Below are positions 45,138 through 54,001 of a DNA stretch of 64,000 nt, in pieces. Under the pieces are notes generated by a model. The model was given only the letters and a program-made list of their open reading frames with translations. It had not been told where the DNA came from and ran no database searches. The DNA is from Candidatus Pacearchaeota archaeon. Lineage in GTDB: Archaea > Nanobdellota > Nanobdellia > Pacearchaeales > GW2011-AR1. The translations under genes and the position numbers were made by a program. Position 1 is the stretch's first letter. Every line of letters starts with the position of its first letter. The stretch is taken from the NCBI GenBank assembly GCA_964202455.1, contig CAXNIJ010000005.1, positions 18,171 through 82,170 on the forward strand, read 5' to 3'.

Positions 45138-47228
45138 ATGGTTAGTCAAAAAGAAGAGGTGGTTGAACAAATCAATGGATTTTCTGTTTTTTTTGTTGTG
45201 TCGTTAGTGTTAATTACGATTGTATTTTTTTCTTTTGTTACTGGACTTAGTTTTGTCACAGTTTCTCCTAGCGTTGGAGTTAATAATGTTACTGGGCCTA
45301 TTACAGAAGATGTGAATTGGAGTATTAATATTACGGTAAATAATACTGCTCTTATTGGCGCTATTGATTCGAATATTACTCAAGTGAATGTTACGCTTCC
45401 TTCGAGCTTTACTTTTCTAAATGGGACGAATGCGACTAATATATCTACAAGCGGAAATGGAATTACCTTTATCAATCAATCTTCTGCAATTGTATCGCTT
45501 CCATCCTGGGCGGGAACGATCCTTTCTTGGAACGCAACTTTGACTGCTGGAGCAGGTGCGCGAGGCCTTCTTACTAATGGAACTGTGGGAAACTTTTGGT
45601 TTTTGTTTAATGCTTCTACACCAGGTAATTATAATATTACCGTGACCACTATGAATTTATCTGGTTTTCAAAATAGTACTAATATCTCTGTTACGGTGAA
45701 TGATACTACAATACCCGGAGCAATATCTTTTCAGGGAGCTACTCCCGCTAATGGTTCTTATGTTGGTGCTGGAAGTATTTCTATTAATGTGAGTGTACTA
45801 GATAATGGTGCAATTCAAACGATTCGGGTAGTTTTAGTAAATTCTACAGGGGCAGTTCTCAATTTGACTGGAGCAAATTATTCTGTATCTACATCTAATT
45901 ATTCTAATATTACCACTTTCTCGAATATTTCTCAGGAAATTAAATTACAGACCAATTTTAGCTTAAACTTTACTAATCTCATAGATGGAATTTATTTTTT
46001 CAATGTTAGTGTGAATGACACATTTGGTAATGTAAATACTACTGCATTTACTAGTAGAGTGACAGTTGATACTGTCTTTCCAGTGCCCCTATATGCAGTC
46101 GGTACCGAAGTTAGTGGTATTTTTGTTTCCAGAAACTTTATTGTTGTGAATGTCAGTGCGACTGATGCAAACTTTAATTCTACAAATATCAGTTTAATGA
46201 ATAGTACTGGAGCAGTTCTTCGCAATAATATTACTTTTAATAACGTGGCTGTGAATGCAACTAATGCTTCTGTATTTTATATTAACTTTACCGGATTAGC
46301 AGATGGTAATTATTCATTCAATGTTACGACTAATGACAGCGCAGGAAATGTGAATCTTTCATTACCTACCCGTACTGTTGTGATCGATACAGTTGCTCCG
46401 GCGGTTTCTTTGGGAGAGACTACATCTACAGATTCGACTATTAATGTCCCGATCACTATTGGAGAATCCACTTCCACCATTAATGGTAGTTGTACTGTCA
46501 ATAGAGCTGGAGCAAGTGTTAGTGGAACTGGAGGGTCACAGACTCTTTCTGAATCAAGTCTTACGTGCAGTACGACATATACTTATGTCGTGACTTGTTT
46601 AGATCAAGCTGGAAACGCGGGATCTTCTACAAAGGATATTACTACCCTTGGATGTAGTGGAGGAGGTGGAGGAAGTTCTTCTACGGCAACGACTACAACG
46701 CCAGTCTTTAAAACGGTTCAAACTGTAACTGAATCTCAGATTGTACAAGGAGTTGTAAGTTCTTTGGGAGTTAATGAAAAAGTAAGTGTTCCAGTTGCAG
46801 GAGTTAGTCACAGCGTAGGCGTTGTTAGTTTTAGTGTTGTTTCTGGACAAGCTACTATTGAAGTTGCTTCTACTCCTATAAGGGCGACTTTGAAAGTTGG
46901 ACAGACTCAACAATTTAATGTAGATAATGACACTTATTATGACCTCAATGTTACTTTGAACAGTGTTAGCGCTAGCAAGGTCAATGTGACGATTATGAAA
47001 GTTCGCGAGTTGTTGCCTTCGGTTATTGATGGGTCTAAGCCACAAACTTCTTCTGCTTCCGATCCTGGATCTTTACAGGATAGTAAAGGAACAAGTTTGA
47101 CTGCATCAGATACTTCATCAAATGCAACAAATAAGAAAAGTTTTATGAATGGATATGTTTATTTAATCATGGTAATTATTGCGATTATAATTATCTTCCT
47201 CATATTCCAGCGTCGTTTGCGTAGATAA
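45138..47228 (+). CDS. Large surface (S-layer/adhesin-like) glycoprotein, paralogue 1
   Basis: ATG 45138 with a TATA-like gatttataaag about 30 nt upstream. N-terminal hydrophobic signal/anchor, dozens of N-x-S/T sequons, repeated modules (VNDTTIP.., VIDTVAPAVSL), a poly-G/S/T linker, and a C-terminal TM plus basic tail RRLRR. Confidence 0.75.
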   Translation: MVSQKEEVVEQINGFSVFFVVSLVLITIVFFSFVTGLSFVTVSPSVGVNNVTGPITEDVNWSINITVNNTALIGAIDSNITQVNVTLPSSFTFLNGTNATNISTSGNGITFINQSSAIVSLPSWAGTILSWNATLTAGAGARGLLTNGTVGNFWFLFNASTPGNYNITVTTMNLSGFQNSTNISVTVNDTTIPGAISFQGATPANGSYVGAGSISINVSVLDNGAIQTIRVVLVNSTGAVLNLTGANYSVSTSNYSNITTFSNISQEIKLQTNFSLNFTNLIDGIYFFNVSVNDTFGNVNTTAFTSRVTVDTVFPVPLYAVGTEVSGIFVSRNFIVVNVSATDANFNSTNISLMNSTGAVLRNNITFNNVAVNATNASVFYINFTGLADGNYSFNVTTNDSAGNVNLSLPTRTVVIDTVAPAVSLGETTSTDSTINVPITIGESTSTINGSCTVNRAGASVSGTGGSQTLSESSLTCSTTYTYVVTCLDQAGNAGSSTKDITTLGCSGGGGGSSSTATTTTPVFKTVQTVTESQIVQGVVSSLGVNEKVSVPVAGVSHSVGVVSFSVVSGQATIEVASTPIRATLKVGQTQQFNVDNDTYYDLNVTLNSVSASKVNVTIMKVRELLPSVIDGSKPQTSSASDPGSLQDSKGTSLTASDTSSNATNKKSFMNGYVYLIMVIIAIIIIFLIFQRRLRR

Positions 47229-47259
47229 CATTTATAAAAGTCCTTTTCCTTTTTAAACT

Positions 47260-48885
47260 ATGAAAAGAGGAGTCTCTAATATTCAAGTAGGCTTCGCATT
47301 AGTTGTTTTAATTGTTTTATTTCTTTCAATTACGCAAGCAATGCATATTGTTAAAACATATAATGATGGAACTTTTTTTTCAGTTAATGAAGATGTTTCT
47401 TTTCTGTATAATTTTTCAATAAATAATACTGGATTAACTGCTTACGAGAATATAACTGAGATAAATATAACACTTCCAACAGGTTTTTCATTTGTTACAT
47501 CAAGTAATGGAATTAATATAACTAGCGGAGTTTCTTTTTCTAGTACCTCCTCTCTTCTTAGGTGGTATGAAAGTTCTCCAGGAATGGGTGTTGTTGCGAA
47601 CAGCAGTAAAATCAATTTATGGTTTAACGCCACCGCAACTACCCCAGGCAATTATAATTTCACTATTACTACTTTAAATGCAAGTGGTCCGTTTAATACT
47701 ACTCTTGTAGCAATAAATGTAAATGATACGACCGTACCTTCAGCTTTTGTATTTAATTCACCCACAAATGCGTCCGGAGTCAATATATCCACTAATTATC
47801 TTTCTGTTAATGTAAGTATTACAGATAATGGAAATTTACAATCAATTATACTCTATTTATCTAACTCAAGCGGAGGAATATTAAATTCAAGCACTAATGC
47901 ATCTTCTCCATTTTATTTTAATTTTACAGGGCTTACACCTGGAATTTATCGTATAAATGTGACTGCAAATGACAGTTTCGGTAATCGTAACTGGAGTGAA
48001 ACTCGAGTGATTATTTTAGACACTACTGCGCCAACTGTAACTTTAGCAACAGTGGAACTAACTTCTTCGTCTATTGCAGTAAATATAACTCTTAGTGATG
48101 CTTCTGCAGGAATTAGCAAAGCATGTAGCGTAGATAGAAGCGGAGCTAGCGTTTCAAGTACTAATACTTCTCAAAGATTAAGCGAAAGCAGTTTAACTTG
48201 TAATTCTAATTATAACTATACTTTAAATTGTTTTGATACAGCAGGAAATATTAAACAACAAAATGCTTCATATACTACTTCTGCTTGTACTAGTAGTGAT
48301 TCTGGATCTTCATCAGGTAGTGCAACGTCCTCTAGTGTTTGGAAAACTGCTTTTACTGCAGATACAACTCAAATAAGCACGACCGGATATACAAAAGAAA
48401 TTGCAGTGTCCGAAGCAATTAAAGTTAAAGTTAATAATGAAGACCATTTTGTTGGAATTATTAGCTTATCTGTTCTTGGAGCAACAATAAATATTTCTTC
48501 AAAGCCGCAGCAAGCAATTTTTGTAGTTGGACAGACTAGACAGTTTGATGTAGATGAAGATCAATTTTACGATTTAAATGTTACTTTAAGAAGTATAAGT
48601 GCTACTAAAGCAAATGTTACGGTTTTGGCCGTGCATGAAGGTTTACTTTTACAAACTGGAAGTGGAAGTGCTAATGCTGCTAATGCTGCAAAAACTACAA
48701 CTACTGCTTCATCTAATTTGACAGGCAATAATACTTTAAAATCTCAAGCTGAAAAAAAGTCAAATGCTGGAATTGCATACTGGGTCGTTTTAATCGCGAT
48801 TATTTCTTTAGTTATAGTTATAATTGGTTTTCTAATTGGTTCTTATATGAAAAAATCTGGAAGACAAAGTGCGCAAGAATGGTAA
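47260..48885 (+). CDS. Large surface glycoprotein, paralogue 2
   Basis: Collinear with paralogue 1 (VNDTTVPSAF, ILDTTAPTVTL, CSVDRSGASVS..SESSLTC, YDLNVTLRSISATKANVTV). N-terminal MKRG + hydrophobic segment, C-terminal TM. Confidence 0.75.
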   Translation: MKRGVSNIQVGFALVVLIVLFLSITQAMHIVKTYNDGTFFSVNEDVSFLYNFSINNTGLTAYENITEINITLPTGFSFVTSSNGINITSGVSFSSTSSLLRWYESSPGMGVVANSSKINLWFNATATTPGNYNFTITTLNASGPFNTTLVAINVNDTTVPSAFVFNSPTNASGVNISTNYLSVNVSITDNGNLQSIILYLSNSSGGILNSSTNASSPFYFNFTGLTPGIYRINVTANDSFGNRNWSETRVIILDTTAPTVTLATVELTSSSIAVNITLSDASAGISKACSVDRSGASVSSTNTSQRLSESSLTCNSNYNYTLNCFDTAGNIKQQNASYTTSACTSSDSGSSSGSATSSSVWKTAFTADTTQISTTGYTKEIAVSEAIKVKVNNEDHFVGIISLSVLGATINISSKPQQAIFVVGQTRQFDVDEDQFYDLNVTLRSISATKANVTVLAVHEGLLLQTGSGSANAANAAKTTTTASSNLTGNNTLKSQAEKKSNAGIAYWVVLIAIISLVIVIIGFLIGSYMKKSGRQSAQEW

Positions 48886-48908
48886 GTTTCTGTTTTAGAA
48901 TTTATACC

Positions 48909-49027
48909 TGAAAGTAATTCTTCCCGCACGAAATGCAGCGTGCGGTTCTCGCAGAGCATAGCTCCGCGGAACTATTCAACTCTTGCGAGTTGAAAGTAAT
49001 TCTTCCCGCACGAAATGCAGCGTGCGG
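48909..49027 (-). repeat. 37-bp direct repeat x2 (48909-48945 and 48991-49027) containing the 3' end of tRNA-Gly plus its trailer
   Basis: tgaaagtaattcttcccgcacgaaatgcagcgtgcgg occurs twice, 82 bp apart. The 45-bp spacer is itself palindromic (ctcgcagag...ctcttgcgag, tccgcgga). Confidence 0.9.
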
Positions 49028-49086
49028 GAATCGAACCCGCGCGACAAGCTTGGGAAGCTTGCATACTACCACTATACAAACGCTGC
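49016..49086 (-). tRNA. tRNA-Gly(CCC)
   Basis: Hand-folded on the minus strand. GCAGCGT/ACGCTGC acceptor, CAAGC-TTCCCAA-GCTTG anticodon arm, GCGGG-TTCGATT-CCCGC T arm, 4-nt variable loop. No CCA. Confidence 0.8.
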
Positions 49087-49147
49087 TTTCATATGCTAAT
49101 TTTTAAGATATTAAGAATGTTTCTCTCTTAATTTTATGGACTGATAA

Positions 49148-49160
49148 CTTTATAAATAAA
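49148..49160 (+). promoter_or_regulatory. TATA-box-like ctttataaataaa, about 24 nt upstream of tRNA-Ile
   Basis: Read directly. Confidence 0.5.
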
Positions 49161-49177
49161 AAAAACTCTGCATTTAC

Positions 49178-49251
49178 GATCCCGTAGCTCAGCTGGTTAG
49201 AGCGCTGCTCTGATACGGCAGAGGTCCCAGGTTCAAATCCTGGCGGGATCA
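49178..49251 (+). tRNA. tRNA-Ile(GAU)
   Basis: Hand-folded. GATCCCG/CGGGATC acceptor, GCTC..GAGC, CTGCT-CTGATAC-GGCAG, CCAGG-TTCAAAT-CCTGG. No CCA. Confidence 0.9.
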
Positions 49252-49342
49252 CTTCTTATCTTTCAGGATTTGAACACTGAGAAACTCGAAGAGTTTCACG
49301 GCCTTCGGTTTCCTCACCAAAGGAATCCTGGCGGGATCACTT
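49236..49342 (+). repeat. 19-bp direct repeat of the tRNA-Ile 3' end (49236-49254 and 49324-49342) flanking a 69-bp hairpin-rich insert
   Basis: aatcctggcgggatcactt occurs twice. The insert starts with an inverted copy of the T-arm (caggatttgaac, 49264-49275) and contains gaaactcgaagagtttc, which is identical to a module of mosaic copy A. Confidence 0.9.
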
Positions 49343-49498
49343 TGGCTGGTTTTTTATAAACCATTCAATTGCGTGATCAAGTTTCTCATCGTTAGATTCA
49401 CCATCTCTAAACATTGCCTGCCAATCTTTGTCTTGATTGTCTCCGACTTTAATGCTCTTGAAGTGAAGGGCTAAAAGTCCCCCAAAATATGCTTACCC

Positions 49499-49738
49499 TT
49501 AAGTATTTTTTAAAGATACGTAAGGTGATTCTTTCCAATTAAGTTGACTTAGTTTTTCCTCGAGTAATGTTCGAGCATTAAGTATTTCTGGCTGAAGAAG
49601 ATGCATCTGTTCATGTCCTCGAACTAAGAGATTTAAAGGATTTTTATCTCTAATTGAGACATTGATATAATAGTGGACGTATCTTGTGTTTATATCTCTT
49701 TTTTCATTTTCATATCCCATATACCCTCCATATTCCAT
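49499..49738 (-). CDS. Small hypothetical protein with an HExxH motif (possibly a gene remnant)
   Basis: 79 aa, GHEQMH. The downstream sequence has further open stretches in other frames. Confidence 0.3.
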   Translation of the reverse strand: MEYGGYMGYENEKRDINTRYVHYYINVSIRDKNPLNLLVRGHEQMHLLQPEILNARTLLEEKLSQLNWKESPYVSLKNT

Positions 49739-49955
49739 GAGATAAGAGAGATTTACGATTTCTCTTATTGTTAAAAGATTTTTCTGAGAAAGAGAGTGTG
49801 TCTTACCCTAAAAATCCGGCGGAGTAAGATATCCTTCGTCGTGAATTTTTAAATTTTCCGGTAGAAGCACTTCTAATTTGAGAGCATCAAGAACGACAGT
49901 CATTTGAGACATTATTAGAAATGAAAAATAGTGTTTTTAAAGATTATTGTGTTAT

Positions 49956-50612
49956 CTATCTCTGCGTTTTAAATTCTACAATGAGTTTGTTATCTTGGAG
50001 GGAAAAACTTTGCAATGGAAGATTTACTGGAATGCTATTTACATAGACTTTCTTCTCCCCTATTGCTTTTATTTCATATCCAGATTCTATTTTTGCGAGA
50101 AGAACATCATCAGTAGAAGCAATTCCAGGCGTTGTTAGTTCGTAAACTAATTTATTGCCTAATCTTTTCATCTTCATTTTAGCCTCTGTTCTAGGAAGAC
50201 CGGACATTTTCTTTAGTTGTTCATCTGTAATAGCTTTCATTTGTTGCTCCACAGGTTGAGGGTTTCTATTTCCTTGTGCAGGCATCCCTATTTTTATTTT
50301 TATTCCATTTGGATATGCAGTAACTTCAGATTTTTCTTGACTTTCGTTCATTTGCTGATTTAAGTTTTTAATGAGCATATTAAAGACTGAGGCAAAAAGC
50401 TTTTCTGCAATTCCGCCTTGAGGAGAATTTTGAGGTAAAAATCCTTCGTTAATTAAGTCATTTCTTCCTAAAATTCCGAAGTCTCTTATTTCTTCTTCTG
50501 GGTCTACGAGATTGTCTCCACAGTAAGGACAGAAGATAAAATTTTCTTCAATTTTAGTTTCGCAATTAATACAACGAACTTTTTCTTTTCCAGATTTTTT
50601 CTTAAAGAACAT
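49956..50612 (-). CDS. Zinc-ribbon protein with an Hsp20/alpha-crystallin-like C-terminal domain
   Basis: N-terminal CINC...CPYC. The C-terminal beta-rich segment VYELTTPGIASTDDVLLAKIESGYEIKAIG...NKLIVEF resembles an ACD. Confidence 0.45.
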   Translation of the reverse strand: MFFKKKSGKEKVRCINCETKIEENFIFCPYCGDNLVDPEEEIRDFGILGRNDLINEGFLPQNSPQGGIAEKLFASVFNMLIKNLNQQMNESQEKSEVTAYPNGIKIKIGMPAQGNRNPQPVEQQMKAITDEQLKKMSGLPRTEAKMKMKRLGNKLVYELTTPGIASTDDVLLAKIESGYEIKAIGEKKVYVNSIPVNLPLQSFSLQDNKLIVEFKTQR

Positions 50613-50636
50613 ATTTATTGAAAGAATAAAGAACTT

Positions 50637-51527
50637 TTAAACTTTTCTATGGTAAAAGCTCTGTAGAAAGTAAACCTCTCTAATGCAGAGGTTTACCAAT
50701 TTCTCTGCATTATATGCGATGAATCTGAAGAGCAATTCATTCTTCTGTGAATCAAACTTCTTACTGTAAATTCTATATCCAAATCTTCTCTTTACAGCAG
50801 AGAAAATACTTTCAACAATTACTCTCTGTCTGTAAATCTCCGACGGAAAATTACGTCTTAGTTTCTTTCTATGAATTCCATGCGTTCTATAAACTGGAAC
50901 ATTCTTCCATCGAAGAGGTGTAATCAATCGTGTTCCTATTGCAGAAGCTAATTCATGATTCTTCTCAGAATCATACGCTTTATCAGCCAAGAAAGCAGTT
51001 ATAGGTAACTGCTTTGATGATTCCATCATCAAATGAGGAACATCAATATTTTCATTCCTTTTCTTACGTCGTAATCTCACAGCAATTATCAATCTTCGTT
51101 TTACTTCGACTGCAACGTTCGTCTGCATAAAACGATTGCGTTCTCCCGCAATCGTGCAGAAGTATGGACTTCTGCTGTTTAAATTGAAGCCAGTTCTATC
51201 AATCGCTACAAGACTTGCATTATTACTCCTTACCATTTTAGCAATAATTGCCTCAAGAAAGGTTTGCTTTACTCTCAAAGCAAACTTATTTATCGTCGTA
51301 AAATGGATAGCTCTCGCTAGGTGTAACTCATTTTGGACGAGCGAAAGAAACGAGGGCATATCCCTCAGCTTTTTACCTTCCAACTGCATCAGCACTTGGA
51401 TAACAATGTGTTGCTCGTTGGAGAACACATTGTTTTTCTTCTTGCTAAAGCTTCTCGGTATGCGAGAAGCTCTAACTCCAGATTTTACCCTCTGGATAAG
51501 TTTTTTATATCTATCCTCTTTGTTCAT
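50637..51527 (-). CDS. DDE transposase (IS4/IS5 superfamily)
   Basis: D (VAIDRTGF), D (FLADKAYDS), E...K (VIVESIFSAVKRRFG). The ORF reads through the left inverted repeat and stops 20 nt outside it. ATG 51527 or GTG 51536. Confidence 0.85.
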   Translation of the reverse strand: MNKEDRYKKLIQRVKSGVRASRIPRSFSKKKNNVFSNEQHIVIQVLMQLEGKKLRDMPSFLSLVQNELHLARAIHFTTINKFALRVKQTFLEAIIAKMVRSNNASLVAIDRTGFNLNSRSPYFCTIAGERNRFMQTNVAVEVKRRLIIAVRLRRKKRNENIDVPHLMMESSKQLPITAFLADKAYDSEKNHELASAIGTRLITPLRWKNVPVYRTHGIHRKKLRRNFPSEIYRQRVIVESIFSAVKRRFGYRIYSKKFDSQKNELLFRFIAYNAEKLVNLCIREVYFLQSFYHRKV

Positions 51528-51597
51528 ATTGACCACCTCCCTTTGATGTCAATAGTTAAATGGGGTGGTCACTTCTTTAGAAACTTTCTACAGAGCT
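50657..51597 (-). mobile_element. Intact insertion sequence (IS4/IS5-superfamily DDE transposase), 941 bp
   Basis: Perfect 15-bp terminal inverted repeats agctctgtagaaagt (50657-50671; reverse complement at 51583-51597). Flanked by the 9-bp direct repeat tatggtaaa (50648-50656 and 51598-51606). Confidence 0.85.
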
Positions 51598-51768
51598 TAT
51601 GGTAAATTTAATTAGATTTTGAAGGAAATTTGGCGTTAATTATCTGTTAACCCAAATTCTCTTCTGCGGTGTTTAGCTATTATCATTATGATTATTGATT
51701 GCGACACGAGGTTATGTCGAAGGAGAAAGATTTAAATAGAAAAATTGATTGGATATGTTAGAAAAAGA

Positions 51769-52020
51769 ATGATAATAAAAATTGTTGGATATGTATTTGC
51801 AGTTATTGGCGTAATTGGACTTGCATTTGCTGTGATGCCTCCTCTAAGAGCATTTTTTTCTCTGCCTGTTAGTTTTTCTGGTAATATGCTTACGACTATC
51901 AGTCTATTGATTGTTGTTGTTGGAGCAGTTTTAATTTATTTATCTGGAAAGAATGAAAGTAAAGGAAAAGAAGTTCCTATTTATGAAGGAAAGAAAGTTG
52001 TAGGTTATAGAAGGATTTAA
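51769..52020 (+). CDS. Small membrane protein (2 TM)
   Basis: ATG 51769 preferred over the TTG at 51745; the TATA-like gatttaaatag lies about 30 nt upstream. Confidence 0.4.
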   Translation: MIIKIVGYVFAVIGVIGLAFAVMPPLRAFFSLPVSFSGNMLTTISLLIVVVGAVLIYLSGKNESKGKEVPIYEGKKVVGYRRI

Positions 52021-52111
52021 TTTTTAATTGTTTTTTAACCTTTTTAGATATATATTTTATTTGTTTGAGAATCTTTGGTCAGAAAGTTTCTACTCGATAG
52101 AGCGTTTTTTG

Positions 52112-52900
52112 TTATTTGATACGACTCATTTGCTTGATTGCTTTATCTCTATCTTTTTCAAGAGGTTTTACCGCCTTATTTATGTCAGCAATTGGGATGC
52201 TTGTCATTGATCGTATTTTATTAATTCTCTCGTCTAGTGCGGCGATATGTTCGATTATACTATTTTTCCCAGCACGAGCAATATCTTGTCTTACTAAATA
52301 ACTTTGTATGCTATTGTCAAACAAAAGAACTACTAAAGCACCAACCATTGTCCAGAAGTAGATTTCTGAATAACTATTTTCTGGCGCTGTTGACCAGAGA
52401 CCGAAATAGACTGCTATGAAAAATATCCAACCTATTTTTCTGATAAGTCCAAATTCTTCTCCGATTTTCTGGAGGAAGAAGAAATATAAGATAAATGGTA
52501 AGATTCCTGCAAGAGCTATTGCAAGCAATTGATATTGAAATATAATTGCAGTGATCCAGTTATGGTCTAAATAGCGGACTCCAATGAGGGGGACGATTAA
52601 TGCAATTATCTTAATAATACCTTTTGATCCACTTAATGCTGGAATGGATTCAAGAGCAATATATACTAGTGAGACTAGCAAGATGAAGAGGAGTAGTTTC
52701 TCGAAGAGCATTGCACTGTCCCAGCTAGTTCCTCCGAATATTGCTTGCAATATGGGCTCTACAATGCCTACAAATGCGTCTACACCCTTTTGTACATATC
52801 CTCTAATGTCGGTGTATGCTGAAACTAATGAGATAGAAAGAATAAATAGGGAACAGAAAAGTAGTGTTATAAAAAGTGATGAAATAATATTACGATTCAT
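52112..52900 (-). CDS. Polytopic membrane protein, paralogue of 52933..53724
   Basis: Signal-like N-terminus, about 5 TM, and a C-terminal soluble helical tail. Shared motifs GILPFILYFF / WIFFIAVYFGLW. Confidence 0.5.
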   Translation of the reverse strand: MNRNIISSLFITLLFCSLFILSISLVSAYTDIRGYVQKGVDAFVGIVEPILQAIFGGTSWDSAMLFEKLLLFILLVSLVYIALESIPALSGSKGIIKIIALIVPLIGVRYLDHNWITAIIFQYQLLAIALAGILPFILYFFFLQKIGEEFGLIRKIGWIFFIAVYFGLWSTAPENSYSEIYFWTMVGALVVLLFDNSIQSYLVRQDIARAGKNSIIEHIAALDERINKIRSMTSIPIADINKAVKPLEKDRDKAIKQMSRIK

Positions 52901-52932
52901 AGTCTATTAATAAAAAGGAAGTTTATAAAGAT

Positions 52933-53724
52933 TTATGAAAGTGCAGTTATTGCTCTTCTAATTCGTCTTACTTCTGTATGATAATCTCGAACAGGCAGTG
53001 TTCCTGCTGCAAGTCTTGTATCAGCAAGTGCCAATTCATCTTGCAAAACACGAATCTGTCTTGTTTTCGATATATTGCTCGCTCGGTCTATACTCATGTT
53101 ATTTCTCCACTTTTGTATTGTTCCATCAAAGATCATCATCAACAAAGCTAATAAGGCCGTAATTGGATAGATATAAAGGGCGAAGGGATCTGCAGCCGCA
53201 GAGATGCTATCGTATCGTGAAATCCATAAGCCTATAAATATAACTGCAAAGAAAATCCAAGCAGTGTTACGTGCTGCTCTTGCCCAAGTATTAAATTCTA
53301 CAATCATAAAGTAAACTACAAAAGGAATGCCTGCGGTGAGGGCGATGCCGAGAGTTTGTGAAGGAAGCAAAATTGTTTCAAGGAGAGTTTGGTCTACTAT
53401 TCCACGCATTCCTAGAATTGAGACTACTGCACCGACAATGAATAAAACCCAAGTTTTATCCTGAAAGAAAGTAATTGTGCCTAGAACAGAATATATAATT
53501 GAAAACAGTAGTATGAGTAAAAGCACTCTGGCGAAAAAGTATTCATTTCCCTCAGATTTATCTTTGCCTAAAATATTTTCAAAAATAGGTCTAAAGACAT
53601 CAGTAACTCCATTAATTACTTTATTGATGTCTTCAGGTATAGATCGTGCTGAAGCAAAGTTAGACATTAAAAGAACCGAGAGTATTAATACGAAGAAAAC
53701 TCCGAACACCTGTGCCTTTTTCAT
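52933..53724 (-). CDS. Polytopic membrane protein, paralogue of 52112..52900
   Basis: Same architecture. Motifs AGIPFVVYFM / WIFFAVIFIGLW. Confidence 0.5.
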   Translation of the reverse strand: MKKAQVFGVFFVLILSVLLMSNFASARSIPEDINKVINGVTDVFRPIFENILGKDKSEGNEYFFARVLLLILLFSIIYSVLGTITFFQDKTWVLFIVGAVVSILGMRGIVDQTLLETILLPSQTLGIALTAGIPFVVYFMIVEFNTWARAARNTAWIFFAVIFIGLWISRYDSISAAADPFALYIYPITALLALLMMIFDGTIQKWRNNMSIDRASNISKTRQIRVLQDELALADTRLAAGTLPVRDYHTEVRRIRRAITALS

Positions 53725-54001
53725 AGATAGGTTAATTCTTTGAGGTATTTAAACATTTCGCGAATCTTGAAGACTATAACTCTGGTGTTCGCGCTCAATT
53801 TTTAAAATCCTAGGCTGTAGAAGAAAAATATGTTTGAGCAACAAAAGAAAAGAAAATGTTTCATGAAGCAAGGTTGAAATTCTGGGTTTACAATCAAATT
53901 AAGCAATCATGTAGGAAGAACTGTGTCGATTATGACAAGTCATGTAACAAGGCTATTTGGATTCCCGAAATCCTTATTAAGCAAGAAAATAACTCTAGAC
54001 T

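Noticed and set aside
46599-47045. 148-aa ORF, and other short ORFs (45992-46225, 46310-46501, 47442-47651), antisense or out of frame within the surface-protein genes
   Set aside because: They are embedded in long, internally consistent paralogous CDSs, with no independent signals.
45138-48885. Diversity-generating retroelement or cassette switching acting on the paralogous surface proteins
   Set aside because: There is no reverse transcriptase in the window, and I saw no near-identical template/variable repeat pair. The paralogues are diverged along their whole length.
49343-49955. Integrated provirus or plasmid next to tRNA-Ile
   Set aside because: No integrase or recognisable viral gene follows the att-like repeat. 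Only a small HExxH ORF and short unconvincing ORFs are present, and I found no distal copy of the 19-mer in the intergenic regions I scanned by eye.
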